From Candidatus Hermodarchaeota archaeon (GTDB lineage: Archaea > Asgardarchaeota > Thorarchaeia > Thorarchaeales > Thorarchaeaceae): 29,891 nucleotides of DNA. The stretch spans positions 1 through 29,891 of the forward strand of contig JBHLLF010000031.1 of the NCBI GenBank assembly GCA_048885865.1. Direction: 5' to 3'. The translations under genes and the position numbers were made by a program. The notes beneath the pieces are model-generated. The model had not been told where the DNA came from. It did not search any database and worked only from the letters and a program-made list of their open reading frames with translations. Shown piece after piece: positions 9,229-17,388 of this stretch (the stretch's first letter is position 1; every line of letters begins with the position of its first letter).

Positions 9229-9852
9229 CTATTTATTCCGATGCCACTCTAGGAAACGATGCCACTCCTCTTGGATTCGACTACACTCATTGTCCTGGTC
9301 TAGCGCTAAGCGACGCATAATCCGTGTCACCTCAGCCTGAATGTGCGGAGCCATAGAGGTTCTTTCAGAACGATAGACTCGTCTGCTGATATTGTCTTCA
9401 CAATCCGTCATCGCCTTGAGTAGATCTAGTGCATGTGCCATTTTTGATTCTGGAATCACAATATCATACTCAGCTAGACCCTTGATGACGCTTCTCCATC
9501 TATCCTCAGGGGTTTCTGCAACCTCCTCAGGCGTTGGCTTTGGAGACACCACCTTTGCGACGCCGATCTGATATTCCCTTGCAGTGGCTCTATAATATCT
9601 CTGAACGATGCCAGTCGTGGTTTTTTCAGTGCGAACCTGAACAACCAATTTGGCCTTCTTCAGCCTGTCAAGGTGATGAAGTATAGTACCAGGCTTTCTG
9701 TTGAGCTCATCAGCGATCTGCTTGACTGTCATTGGCTCTCTTCCAAGCACGCTCATTATCGCAATCCGGAGAGGATCCATCATTAGCTTGATTGTCTTCT
9801 TGTCTTTTAGGACTTCAAAGTCCTTAATTGGCGCGGCTTTTCTGGGACTCAA
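9229..9852 (-). CDS. ArsR-like winged-helix transcriptional regulator
   Basis: DPLRIAIMSVLGREPMTVKQIADEL...TILHHLDRLKKAKLV...QRYYRATA. TTG start overlaps the upstream TGA (TTGA). Confidence 0.9.
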   Translation of the reverse strand: MSPRKAAPIKDFEVLKDKKTIKLMMDPLRIAIMSVLGREPMTVKQIADELNRKPGTILHHLDRLKKAKLVVQVRTEKTTTGIVQRYYRATAREYQIGVAKVVSPKPTPEEVAETPEDRWRSVIKGLAEYDIVIPESKMAHALDLLKAMTDCEDNISRRVYRSERTSMAPHIQAEVTRIMRRLALDQDNECSRIQEEWHRFLEWHRNK

Positions 9853-10772
9853 TTATTTGCCCCCCATTTTTCTGATTCATCAAATTCTTCATCTGTCACT
9901 GGGATATCGTCCTCCTCGCTTCCTAGGAGGAGATACACTCTGCTCTGAGCAATGGCCATGGCTGGAATTGCAATGAAGAGGAGAAACAGACCAGCTAGAG
10001 CAGGATAGAAACCTAGGTTATAGAATCCAAATATCAAATACAGCTGGTAAGGCCATATTAAGGGCGCAATGAGGGCGAAGAAAAGCGCTAAGAAGAACAG
10101 CCAGACGCCGAAGACTCGATCAAGATACTTCACACCCATCTTAATCGACCTTGCGACTGCCTGCCTCACAGTTAGTCCATCAATAATGCCTGGGAACATC
10201 ATAGTCAGCAAACCCGAAGAGATCACAAACCAGAGTACCATGGTAGCAATCAGCAGGACTTCATCATTCCCGCTAATGTTTCCCCCCAGTGTGTTGTATG
10301 CGTAGGCATAGAGAGCTGCAAGCGGTACAATTGTGGTCATAAAGACAACAACTCCACCACCAGCTAGAGGAAAGAAGCGTCTACTATACCATGCAAATAC
10401 TCCTTCAGCTGTCGTTCCTTCGCTCTCCACAATCTCTCTTGCCATTCCATAGAGAGCCCCAATTGCTACAAAGACCGGGAGTACTAATGGAACGATGATA
10501 AGGACGACCAGACCGAGGCTTTCTAGCGAGGGCCAGTTGGCAAATGCCTCAATGATGCCCACAAATACTTCAACGAGTTCGAAGAAGCCTCCTGGTGTCA
10601 GGAAGATGACCGTAGCTATGAATATGAGCAGCATTATAACTACTAGAATTAGAGTAACTATCAATACACCGAGCATTCCTAGGAAGAAGGAAATCACATT
10701 TTTGAACGCAAATTTGAAGCTGACAGAGATATCCTCAGCCAATGCACCTAATCCAGATCTGCTGCTTGCCAC
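9849..10772 (-). CDS. Polytopic membrane protein of unknown function (about 6 TM, acidic tail)
   Basis: Multiple long hydrophobic segments. GGTGA RBS before GTG 10772. Confidence 0.8.
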   Translation of the reverse strand: MASSRSGLGALAEDISVSFKFAFKNVISFFLGMLGVLIVTLILVVIMLLIFIATVIFLTPGGFFELVEVFVGIIEAFANWPSLESLGLVVLIIVPLVLPVFVAIGALYGMAREIVESEGTTAEGVFAWYSRRFFPLAGGGVVVFMTTIVPLAALYAYAYNTLGGNISGNDEVLLIATMVLWFVISSGLLTMMFPGIIDGLTVRQAVARSIKMGVKYLDRVFGVWLFFLALFFALIAPLIWPYQLYLIFGFYNLGFYPALAGLFLLFIAIPAMAIAQSRVYLLLGSEEDDIPVTDEEFDESEKWGANN

Positions 10773-10869
10773 TAGTCCATCACCTTGTCAGTGCGTCGTT
10801 TCTTCTGACTAGCCTGAGGAGTCTTGCAGGCTGCCAAATATGTTATCATTCTAATCGTAATCATTTGCT

Positions 10870-11793
10870 TCACACTACTAATATTGTAAGAGCGAGTCCA
10901 ATCCAGTAGCTCATAGTGATGAACACCAGAAACCATGTTCTAGACCCTGAATCATCATAATACATCTTCCATAGCTTGTTGCCTATTACGATGAACAAAG
11001 CGAACATAGCCAGGATAATTGGCGCCCCAAATGAAATGGCGTCTGCGAGGCTTGGAAACATGCTCCTAGTGGCAGAAAGGACTCCATAGGTGATTGATGC
11101 ATCATTATAGAGCAATACCCACGCTTGAGCAAAGCACCCAAACGCTGCTTTTGAAAAAACCATCATTCCTGTTAATAGGAAAAACATCGACGATACGAAT
11201 GAGTGACGAATCGTCCTGATTCCGAGAGGCGCGAGGAACACAAGTCCAATGATGAATGAAAGGACAAGCAGAGAGGTTAGGACAGTCTCAAAGAAGAGTG
11301 GATTGTCTGTGTAGGCATCTGTGATAAAGATCCAACTCCAGGTTTCATGGTAAGTCCCCAAAGCTGAAGGTGCGGGTAGGCCTCCATACCAAGGCATCGA
11401 CCCTACCCAACCTGCAGTGAATGGGTTCTGGAATACTACACTAGTCACAATCCTTGACTCTCCAGTGCTACCTTGTGTGACTGGAAGCAATGTATCCATG
11501 AAGACCTCATAGAACTCGCAAATCATGAAACTGATGAGAAACAGGGCAACTCCCAAGTATACAAAGAAGAGTCGCACTTTGATTTCTTTCCATAGTGCAG
11601 TATCTGATGACTCATTTCTGAGGGATCCAATTCGCGGAGGAGTGACCAAGTATGAGAGATATCTTCGAACTCCACTTCCGTTCTCTTTCCTTAGCCATGG
11701 GATGACTAGGACAAACAGACATAGTGCGAGGAGAGGCAGGGTTAGACCTAGGATTGAAGCGTGAAAGATGGGCAGCTCAAGAAGGGGTGTCAA
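10870..11793 (-). CDS. Polytopic membrane protein of unknown function
   Basis: About 6 hydrophobic segments. The true start is likely TTG 11793: GGAGGTG lies about 9 nt upstream and the TTG overlaps the hydrolase stop (TTGA). The track start is 11835. Confidence 0.78.
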   Translation of the reverse strand: MTPLLELPIFHASILGLTLPLLALCLFVLVIPWLRKENGSGVRRYLSYLVTPPRIGSLRNESSDTALWKEIKVRLFFVYLGVALFLISFMICEFYEVFMDTLLPVTQGSTGESRIVTSVVFQNPFTAGWVGSMPWYGGLPAPSALGTYHETWSWIFITDAYTDNPLFFETVLTSLLVLSFIIGLVFLAPLGIRTIRHSFVSSMFFLLTGMMVFSKAAFGCFAQAWVLLYNDASITYGVLSATRSMFPSLADAISFGAPIILAMFALFIVIGNKLWKMYYDDSGSRTWFLVFITMSYWIGLALTILVV

Positions 11794-13082
11794 TCTGATT
11801 GCACCTCCTGATAATGCGTCAATTTCCAAAACCATCTCCCGGCTCGAATTCTGAAGTACACTCCCGCAAATAAGAACGGGAGTGGAAGCAAGACGAGAGT
11901 CGCCAAAGTCAGCGTATTGGACACATCTATGTTCTGTGGAATAGTGTTCATTGCTGCAGGGATGATGAAATCGAAGAGAATAGCTGACTGCGGATAGGTT
12001 TGATATGGTGCAACATTCGATGTGAACACCACAACCATGTCCAGACTTGGGATAACGAAGATGTACTGCCCCTGATATCCCTCCGCAGAGTAGACTTCCA
12101 CTATGTCAGTTGGGTAGGTCCACCATTGATATCCGTAGCCGGCATATTCATTGAACGTGATTTGAGTTGCAGACGAAAGCTGCACCCATTCTGCTGAAAC
12201 AATCTGTTCTCCATCCCAAGTGCCGTTGTTGAGATAGAGGTATCCAAACTTCGCCATGTCGCGGGGCAACATTTCAACTCCACCGTGGCCCCAGCTGCGA
12301 CCTTGATTGTCATAAGGCCAGAAGACGTCTGAGGACGAGATTCCGAGAGGAGTAAACAGATTTTCAATGGCATATGCAAAGAGAGTGGTTTCTGTGGCTT
12401 CAGCCACAATAGCTCCCAATAGATGTGATCCTCCGGAATTGTAGACCCACATCTCACCAGGTTCATAGGCCATCGGCAAGTCAAGGATATGCTGAACGCT
12501 GTCAGGTGCAGCCCAAACCTGATTTAGACTGTTGAGATACGAGCTATAGGGTTCAGTCCATTCATCCCATTCCAATCCAGATGTCATGGTCAAAAGGTGC
12601 TCAAGGGTGATAGCTTGTTTCTGGTCATCTAGATTGGCAATAGTCCTATTCGGCAAGAGGTCAATCAGTAAATCGTCTGTACTGTCTATATAGCCCTCAT
12701 CGAGAGCTATCCCAACCAGAGCTGAAGTAAGACTCTTCGTACATGAATGAATGATGTGTCGTGACTCGTTGTCATAGACATCACTGAGGTATTCCTCAAA
12801 GACAAGGTACCCATTTTTGACAATCAGGATTGAGTCGATGAGAACATTGTGTTCAGAAATTCGCTCCATCATCTCGGTCAACAGACCCCCATTCATTCCC
12901 TGTTCCTCAGGGGTTGAGATGCTCCAACCGTGAGTTGGCCAAAGCGTGTCAGTTTGTGCTGACGGGACTCCGGCAAAAGAAGCGGCGGAGGAAGTGGGGA
13001 GAGAAACCGGAGCCGTCAGCACTGGCCCCAACATTAGTGCGACTGAGATGAGATAGAGAGGAGCCTTGTACATTTTGATCAC
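11790..13082 (-). CDS. Secreted, C-terminally membrane-anchored serine hydrolase (beta-lactamase/AmpC-like family)
   Basis: Signal peptide, HSCTKS (SxxK), LLTMTSG, PGEMWVYNSG, PRDMAKFG, YGYQWW, AEGYQGQ, and a C-terminal TM followed by basic residues. Confidence 0.93.
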   Translation of the reverse strand: MIKMYKAPLYLISVALMLGPVLTAPVSLPTSSAASFAGVPSAQTDTLWPTHGWSISTPEEQGMNGGLLTEMMERISEHNVLIDSILIVKNGYLVFEEYLSDVYDNESRHIIHSCTKSLTSALVGIALDEGYIDSTDDLLIDLLPNRTIANLDDQKQAITLEHLLTMTSGLEWDEWTEPYSSYLNSLNQVWAAPDSVQHILDLPMAYEPGEMWVYNSGGSHLLGAIVAEATETTLFAYAIENLFTPLGISSSDVFWPYDNQGRSWGHGGVEMLPRDMAKFGYLYLNNGTWDGEQIVSAEWVQLSSATQITFNEYAGYGYQWWTYPTDIVEVYSAEGYQGQYIFVIPSLDMVVVFTSNVAPYQTYPQSAILFDFIIPAAMNTIPQNIDVSNTLTLATLVLLPLPFLFAGVYFRIRAGRWFWKLTHYQEVQSD

Positions 13083-13423
13083 TTTGTGAAGGGGATGTGT
13101 CCATCAGTTGCATTGGGCGGTCGTCCGCCAGCCGTTCTGGCGCGTATGTCCTCAAGATCATCTAATGGCGTGCCAAGTTCAATCAGTTCCAGAAGGGGCG
13201 TGCGAGAAGTGAGTCCGTTATAGACCTTGTCGGCTAGGTAGATCTCAGCTGGCAGGACGGCCATGATAAGACCTGGGAGTATCGTGAGCGGATAGAGTAA
13301 GACTATCATCCCAATTGCTCCTAGGATTGGCATTGAGTATGCTCGCAGAGCCTGCAGCGGCGATGAAAGGATGATTCTCGCTGCATGGCGGCGCGATTTC
13401 GGTTCTGCTTTGATTCTTGCCAT
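13079..13423 (-). CDS. Small membrane protein, first gene of the operon
   Basis: 114 aa with a hydrophobic hairpin. Its stop overlaps the next gene's start (GTGA). Confidence 0.7.
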   Translation of the reverse strand: MARIKAEPKSRRHAARIILSSPLQALRAYSMPILGAIGMIVLLYPLTILPGLIMAVLPAEIYLADKVYNGLTSRTPLLELIELGTPLDDLEDIRARTAGGRPPNATDGHIPFTK

Positions 13424-13450
13424 TTTATTTAACCACGCGAATATCCTACG

Positions 13451-13527
13451 AATGTTCCGGTCGAGCTTTTCCTTCCGGAAAACCGGAACGTTCTGTTATT
13501 CTTATTCGTTCCGGATTTACATATAAA
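13451..13527 (-). promoter_or_regulatory. TATA box plus clustered TTCCGG/CCGGAA operator-like sites
   Basis: GTTCCGG 13454-13460, TTCCGGAA 13473-13480, CCGGAAC 13483-13489 and GTTCCGGA 13508-13515. Minus-strand TTTATA at 13527-13522 is preceded by an A-rich BRE-like stretch. Confidence 0.6.
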
Positions 13528-13615
13528 CTTGTTTGTCAGAGCAGGCCATCTTTGGGAGTTCGAGCGGGAACACAGGAGTCACTGTTATAACAGAGAAAAA
13601 GCCTCGACAGACAGG

Positions 13616-14266
13616 ATGCCCGCAATTGAAAATGACTACCACATTCACTCTAGATTCTCGGATGGCAACACATCCATTCGTGATATTGTCGAGCGGGCGA
13701 TCAAGCTGCGACTAGCAACTATTGCAATCATCGACCATTTCTGGCCATCTTTGGGATCGACACGTGCAGGAATTGGCCTAATAAGGGAACGACGAGAAAT
13801 CATCGAAACAATAGGAAAGGAGTATCCGCAAATTCGGATTCTTCAAGGGGCAGAAGTCGATATCAACTCGGATGGCACAATGGCACCGGTTGCAGGCGGA
13901 TTGAATCAGTTTGACCTTGTAATAGGGTCTGTTCACTGGGGTTCAGACTCCAGACATTGGGCTTCTGCAGTCACAAAGGCTGCTGATAATGAGCGATTCG
14001 AGATCTTGGGACACTGGAACGGCTATCTATCTTCTTATCGATCCGAACATGGCATGCTGGTGGCTAATGCATTGGCTCGAAATGGTATAGCTGTTGAACT
14101 GAGTGCAAGATATGAGCTAAGGTTCGAAGACTTCCTGACAATGGCGAAGGACAAGGGATGCATGTTCACTCTTGGAAGCGATTCACATCACATTTCGGAG
14201 ATTGGAAGGCTTAAGGATCAGAAGCAACTAGCCGATGCCTTGGACTTGCCCCTCAAGACGTTCTGA
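13616..14266 (+). CDS. PHP-domain phosphoesterase (YcdX/PolX-PHP-like)
   Basis: DYHIHSRFSDG, IAIIDH, QGAEVDI, GSVH, ILGH and LGSDSH. ATG 13616 preferred over the track's TTG 13529. Confidence 0.92.
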   Translation: MPAIENDYHIHSRFSDGNTSIRDIVERAIKLRLATIAIIDHFWPSLGSTRAGIGLIRERREIIETIGKEYPQIRILQGAEVDINSDGTMAPVAGGLNQFDLVIGSVHWGSDSRHWASAVTKAADNERFEILGHWNGYLSSYRSEHGMLVANALARNGIAVELSARYELRFEDFLTMAKDKGCMFTLGSDSHHISEIGRLKDQKQLADALDLPLKTF

Positions 14267-14335
14267 GTAATACAGAAGGCTTTTCTCTTACCAATGCAAT
14301 GAAAGATGCAATGTCCCTAGTGGAGAATACCAGAC

Positions 14336-14758
14336 ATGGGTGACGAGAAGCTAATATTCCCCTCAGATGAATGGGTCGAGAAGTATGTAGAAGTAGTGAA
14401 CTCAAGCAAGGCCTATGAAGATGCTGCGCATGATTGGGAAGGAGACTTCATCTTTGTAGTGACAGCCGATGGTGAAACTGTAAAAGAACCAATGCGGCTC
14501 TATATCGACCTCTATCATGGCAAGTGCAGAGAAGCTAGAATGGCCAGCGATGATGACGATGCAGAGTTCACTTATGAAGGTCCTTTGAAGAACTGGAAAC
14601 TCCTATTCGACAAGAAGATAGATCCCATTAAGGGCTTGATGCAGAGAAAGTTTAAGCTCGGGAAAGGCGACATGGGCAAAATCATGCGGTACACGAAGGC
14701 TGCCATGGAGCTAGTCAACGCTACAACTTTGGTGCCCACAAAATGGCCCGATGAATAG
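14336..14758 (+). CDS. SCP2 sterol/lipid-binding domain protein
   Basis: FPSDEWV...AYEDAAHDWEGD...IDPIKGLMQRKFKL.KGDMGKIMRY. Confidence 0.9.
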   Translation: MGDEKLIFPSDEWVEKYVEVVNSSKAYEDAAHDWEGDFIFVVTADGETVKEPMRLYIDLYHGKCREARMASDDDDAEFTYEGPLKNWKLLFDKKIDPIKGLMQRKFKLGKGDMGKIMRYTKAAMELVNATTLVPTKWPDE

Positions 14759-14769
14759 GGAAGTATTGA

Positions 14770-14967
14770 GTGGATCAATTGTCAGAAGAGGACGCCCGAA
14801 AGCACTCCTCAATGGACTACGGTCAGTATGAACCCACAGAGAGTGTGTCGGATGTCCTTGCGAGCAGGTTTCTCAGCTATGTGGCATTCTGCATTATAAT
14901 TGCACTAATCACTTTCATTGCACTCATTATCTCGCAGCCACTCTTTATCATAGAGCCATTGCCTTGA
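14770..14967 (+). CDS. Small single-TM protein
   Basis: 65 aa with an acidic N-terminus and one strong TM. Fills the gap between co-oriented genes; GTG start. Confidence 0.55.
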   Translation: MDQLSEEDARKHSSMDYGQYEPTESVSDVLASRFLSYVAFCIIIALITFIALIISQPLFIIEPLP

Positions 14968-15011
14968 ATAGATGACAGACTTAAATCGGGAGGTTTTCTC
15001 TCAGTAAGGCT

Positions 15012-16103
15012 ATGACTTCTCTACACACTGAGGTATGTGACATTCTTGGAATCAGACATCCTATACTCCAAGGTGGAATGGGGCCATACAAGACGGAAGA
15101 ACTAGCTATAGCAGTCACAAATGCAGGTGCATTAGGTGTTATCAGCTGCATTGGCATGGCTGCCACTCTGTTACCGGAAGCTGCACCCATAGATGCTGTC
15201 AGAATCTTTGGATCAGACCCACCACCCATCCTTCTTCAGAAATCAATAGAAGCAGTAACAGAAGGCACTCGAAGATCAGGAGGCATCTTTGGAGTGAACA
15301 TCCCTGTGGCCGCAGAGTTCATACTAGCTTCAGAGATGTTTGCGAGGGGAGTCGTGGAAGCTAGAGAGGCCGATTCAGATATTGAGAGAGCATTGCGTAT
15401 CGTAGTAACATCTGCAGGCAACCCAACTCCATGGGCCCAACTGAAAAAACAGGGACTCATCTGGGCACACGTGGTTCCATCAGTATATCACGCCAAGAAA
15501 GCTGAGAAGGCAGGCGCAGACATCATAATAGCCTCTGGACATGAGGGAGGTGCCCATGTGTCTTGGGATCCAGTACATTCAATGGTCCTAGTACCAGCTG
15601 TGGCAAAGGCGGTTGAGCCCCCGGTGGTTGCTGCAGGAGGATTTTGTGATGGAAGCACATTGGCTGCAGCTTTAGCTTTGGGAGCCAAGGGAATTCAGAT
15701 GGGAACAAGGTTCATCGCTACTAAAGAGAGCGATTTTGAGGACATCTGGAAGAAAGCGATTTTGGACAGGGAAGAAAGGCAGACGCTTGTGGGCAGGGGT
15801 CTATTCGGCCCAATGCGATTTGTGCGAAACAAGAGAGCTGAGAAGATTGTAGAACAGACGCTAGAAGATGTCCCACGTTTCTATCTTGGGGAGCCTCTTG
15901 ATTCTAACGAGGCGATTCTCAAGCTTGAACGAGATGGGTTCGACAACCTAATTGATGGAAAAGAAGATACAGCTTTGATGTTTGGTGGAGAGGCGATGGG
16001 TCGGATAGATGACATGCCCACTGTTCAGGACCTCATCAATGAGATTGTTTCTGATGCTGTAAAAACCATTCAATCTTTGCCGGTCGAAGTAATCAATAAG
16101 TAG
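15012..16103 (+). CDS. Nitronate monooxygenase / FabK-like FMN-dependent oxidoreductase
   Basis: HPILQGGMG, NAGALG, FGVNI, GHEGGAH, VVAAGGFCDG and LGAKGIQMGTRFIATKES. Confidence 0.92.
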   Translation: MTSLHTEVCDILGIRHPILQGGMGPYKTEELAIAVTNAGALGVISCIGMAATLLPEAAPIDAVRIFGSDPPPILLQKSIEAVTEGTRRSGGIFGVNIPVAAEFILASEMFARGVVEAREADSDIERALRIVVTSAGNPTPWAQLKKQGLIWAHVVPSVYHAKKAEKAGADIIIASGHEGGAHVSWDPVHSMVLVPAVAKAVEPPVVAAGGFCDGSTLAAALALGAKGIQMGTRFIATKESDFEDIWKKAILDREERQTLVGRGLFGPMRFVRNKRAEKIVEQTLEDVPRFYLGEPLDSNEAILKLERDGFDNLIDGKEDTALMFGGEAMGRIDDMPTVQDLINEIVSDAVKTIQSLPVEVINK

Positions 16104-16196
16104 GACATCACACATAAGAGGGCGTTCATAGTTTCTGTGTGCATTAAGCCTGATGGCTAGCCCATTCTTGCATCAGGAATGCAGAGGTTGAGGAAA

Positions 16197-17372
16197 ATGT
16201 CTTGGGAATTCAGCATTCCAAAAATCGTGTTTGGAGAAGACGCAATAGAAGAACTCGAGAGACTCCCAGGTAAGAATGCGTTCATTGTCACTGATAAAGT
16301 AATCAACGAGCTCGGATTGGTAGATAAGGTCACGAAAATCCTGGCTGAGAACCAGTGGAATGTCGCCGTTTGGGACTGTGCTGAACCAGATCCACGAATT
16401 TCATCAGTACAGGATGCATCTAGCGGCATAAGGAGCTTCGAGGCGGACACGATTATCGCAATTGGGGGAGGCAGTGTCATGGATACTGCAAAAGCTGCTT
16501 GGGTTCTGTACGCCCAGCCGGATATGGATTTGACTGCTCTCTCACCCTTTGATGAAATTGGCGTGGCGAACAAAGCGAAACTTGTATGCATTCCCACAAC
16601 AGCTGGCACGGGTTCAGAGGGCACTCATTCAATTGTGATTCGGGAGGATGAAACCGGGAGGAAGTTTGCAACTGTCAATTCAGAGCTAGTCCCAGCTCTT
16701 GCCATTCTCGACCCTTTGTTCGTTAAAGACTTACCTAAGAATCTCACTGCTACAACTGGAATGGATGCGTTGACTCATGCTGTGGAGGGTTATGTATCTA
16801 CTTGGAAGAACGACATATCTGATGGGTTCTCAATGAAGGCAGTGAAGATAATCTTTGAGTGGCTTCCCAAATCTGTCGAAAACCTCGATGACTTGGAGGC
16901 CAGGGAGAAGATGCTAATTGCATCCTCACTTGCTGGAATGGCCTTTGGCAATTCTCAAGTGGCGTTGGCGCACTCTCTTGGTCACAGCCTTGGCTCAGTT
17001 CTCAGACTTCATCATGGACTTGCAGTAGGTATGGCTCTCCCATATGTCATCGAATACACCTGCAAGGGAAATGCTGACGCGGCGCGCCACTATTCAGAGC
17101 TTGCTGGCCTGATAGGAATCACAGGCAGAAGACACTTGACTGTGGCTCGCAAATTCGCTCAGGCAATACGAGATTTCATGGGCTTAATAGGAAGCCCAAC
17201 AAGCCTGAAAGCGGCGAAGGTCAAGAAAAAGGATTTCAAAGCAGGAATTGACAAGCTCGTCGAGTACGCCATGATGGATGCCACCATAACAATGAATCCC
17301 AGAAACATCGACAGTGGGATCATCAGAAAGATTTACGAGTATATGTTTGAGGGAAATCCGATCGACTTCTAA
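16197..17372 (+). CDS. Iron-containing alcohol dehydrogenase
   Basis: AIGGGSVMDTAK, IPTTAGTGSE, GMDALTHAVE, LAHSLGH and HGLA. Likely ATG 16197. Confidence 0.95.
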   Translation: MSWEFSIPKIVFGEDAIEELERLPGKNAFIVTDKVINELGLVDKVTKILAENQWNVAVWDCAEPDPRISSVQDASSGIRSFEADTIIAIGGGSVMDTAKAAWVLYAQPDMDLTALSPFDEIGVANKAKLVCIPTTAGTGSEGTHSIVIREDETGRKFATVNSELVPALAILDPLFVKDLPKNLTATTGMDALTHAVEGYVSTWKNDISDGFSMKAVKIIFEWLPKSVENLDDLEAREKMLIASSLAGMAFGNSQVALAHSLGHSLGSVLRLHHGLAVGMALPYVIEYTCKGNADAARHYSELAGLIGITGRRHLTVARKFAQAIRDFMGLIGSPTSLKAAKVKKKDFKAGIDKLVEYAMMDATITMNPRNIDSGIIRKIYEYMFEGNPIDF

Positions 17373-17388
17373 GACCGAGGGGAAGAGA

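Noticed and set aside
8223-13082. Calling the APH-like and beta-lactamase-like genes true antibiotic-resistance genes
   Set aside because: Fold-level motifs do not establish substrate, and there is no mobile-element context.
16157-16624. Long antisense or alternate-frame ORFs (e.g. 16157-16624, 20478-20945, 22202-22636, 12101-12484)
   Set aside because: Shadow frames of well-supported genes with no recognisable motifs.
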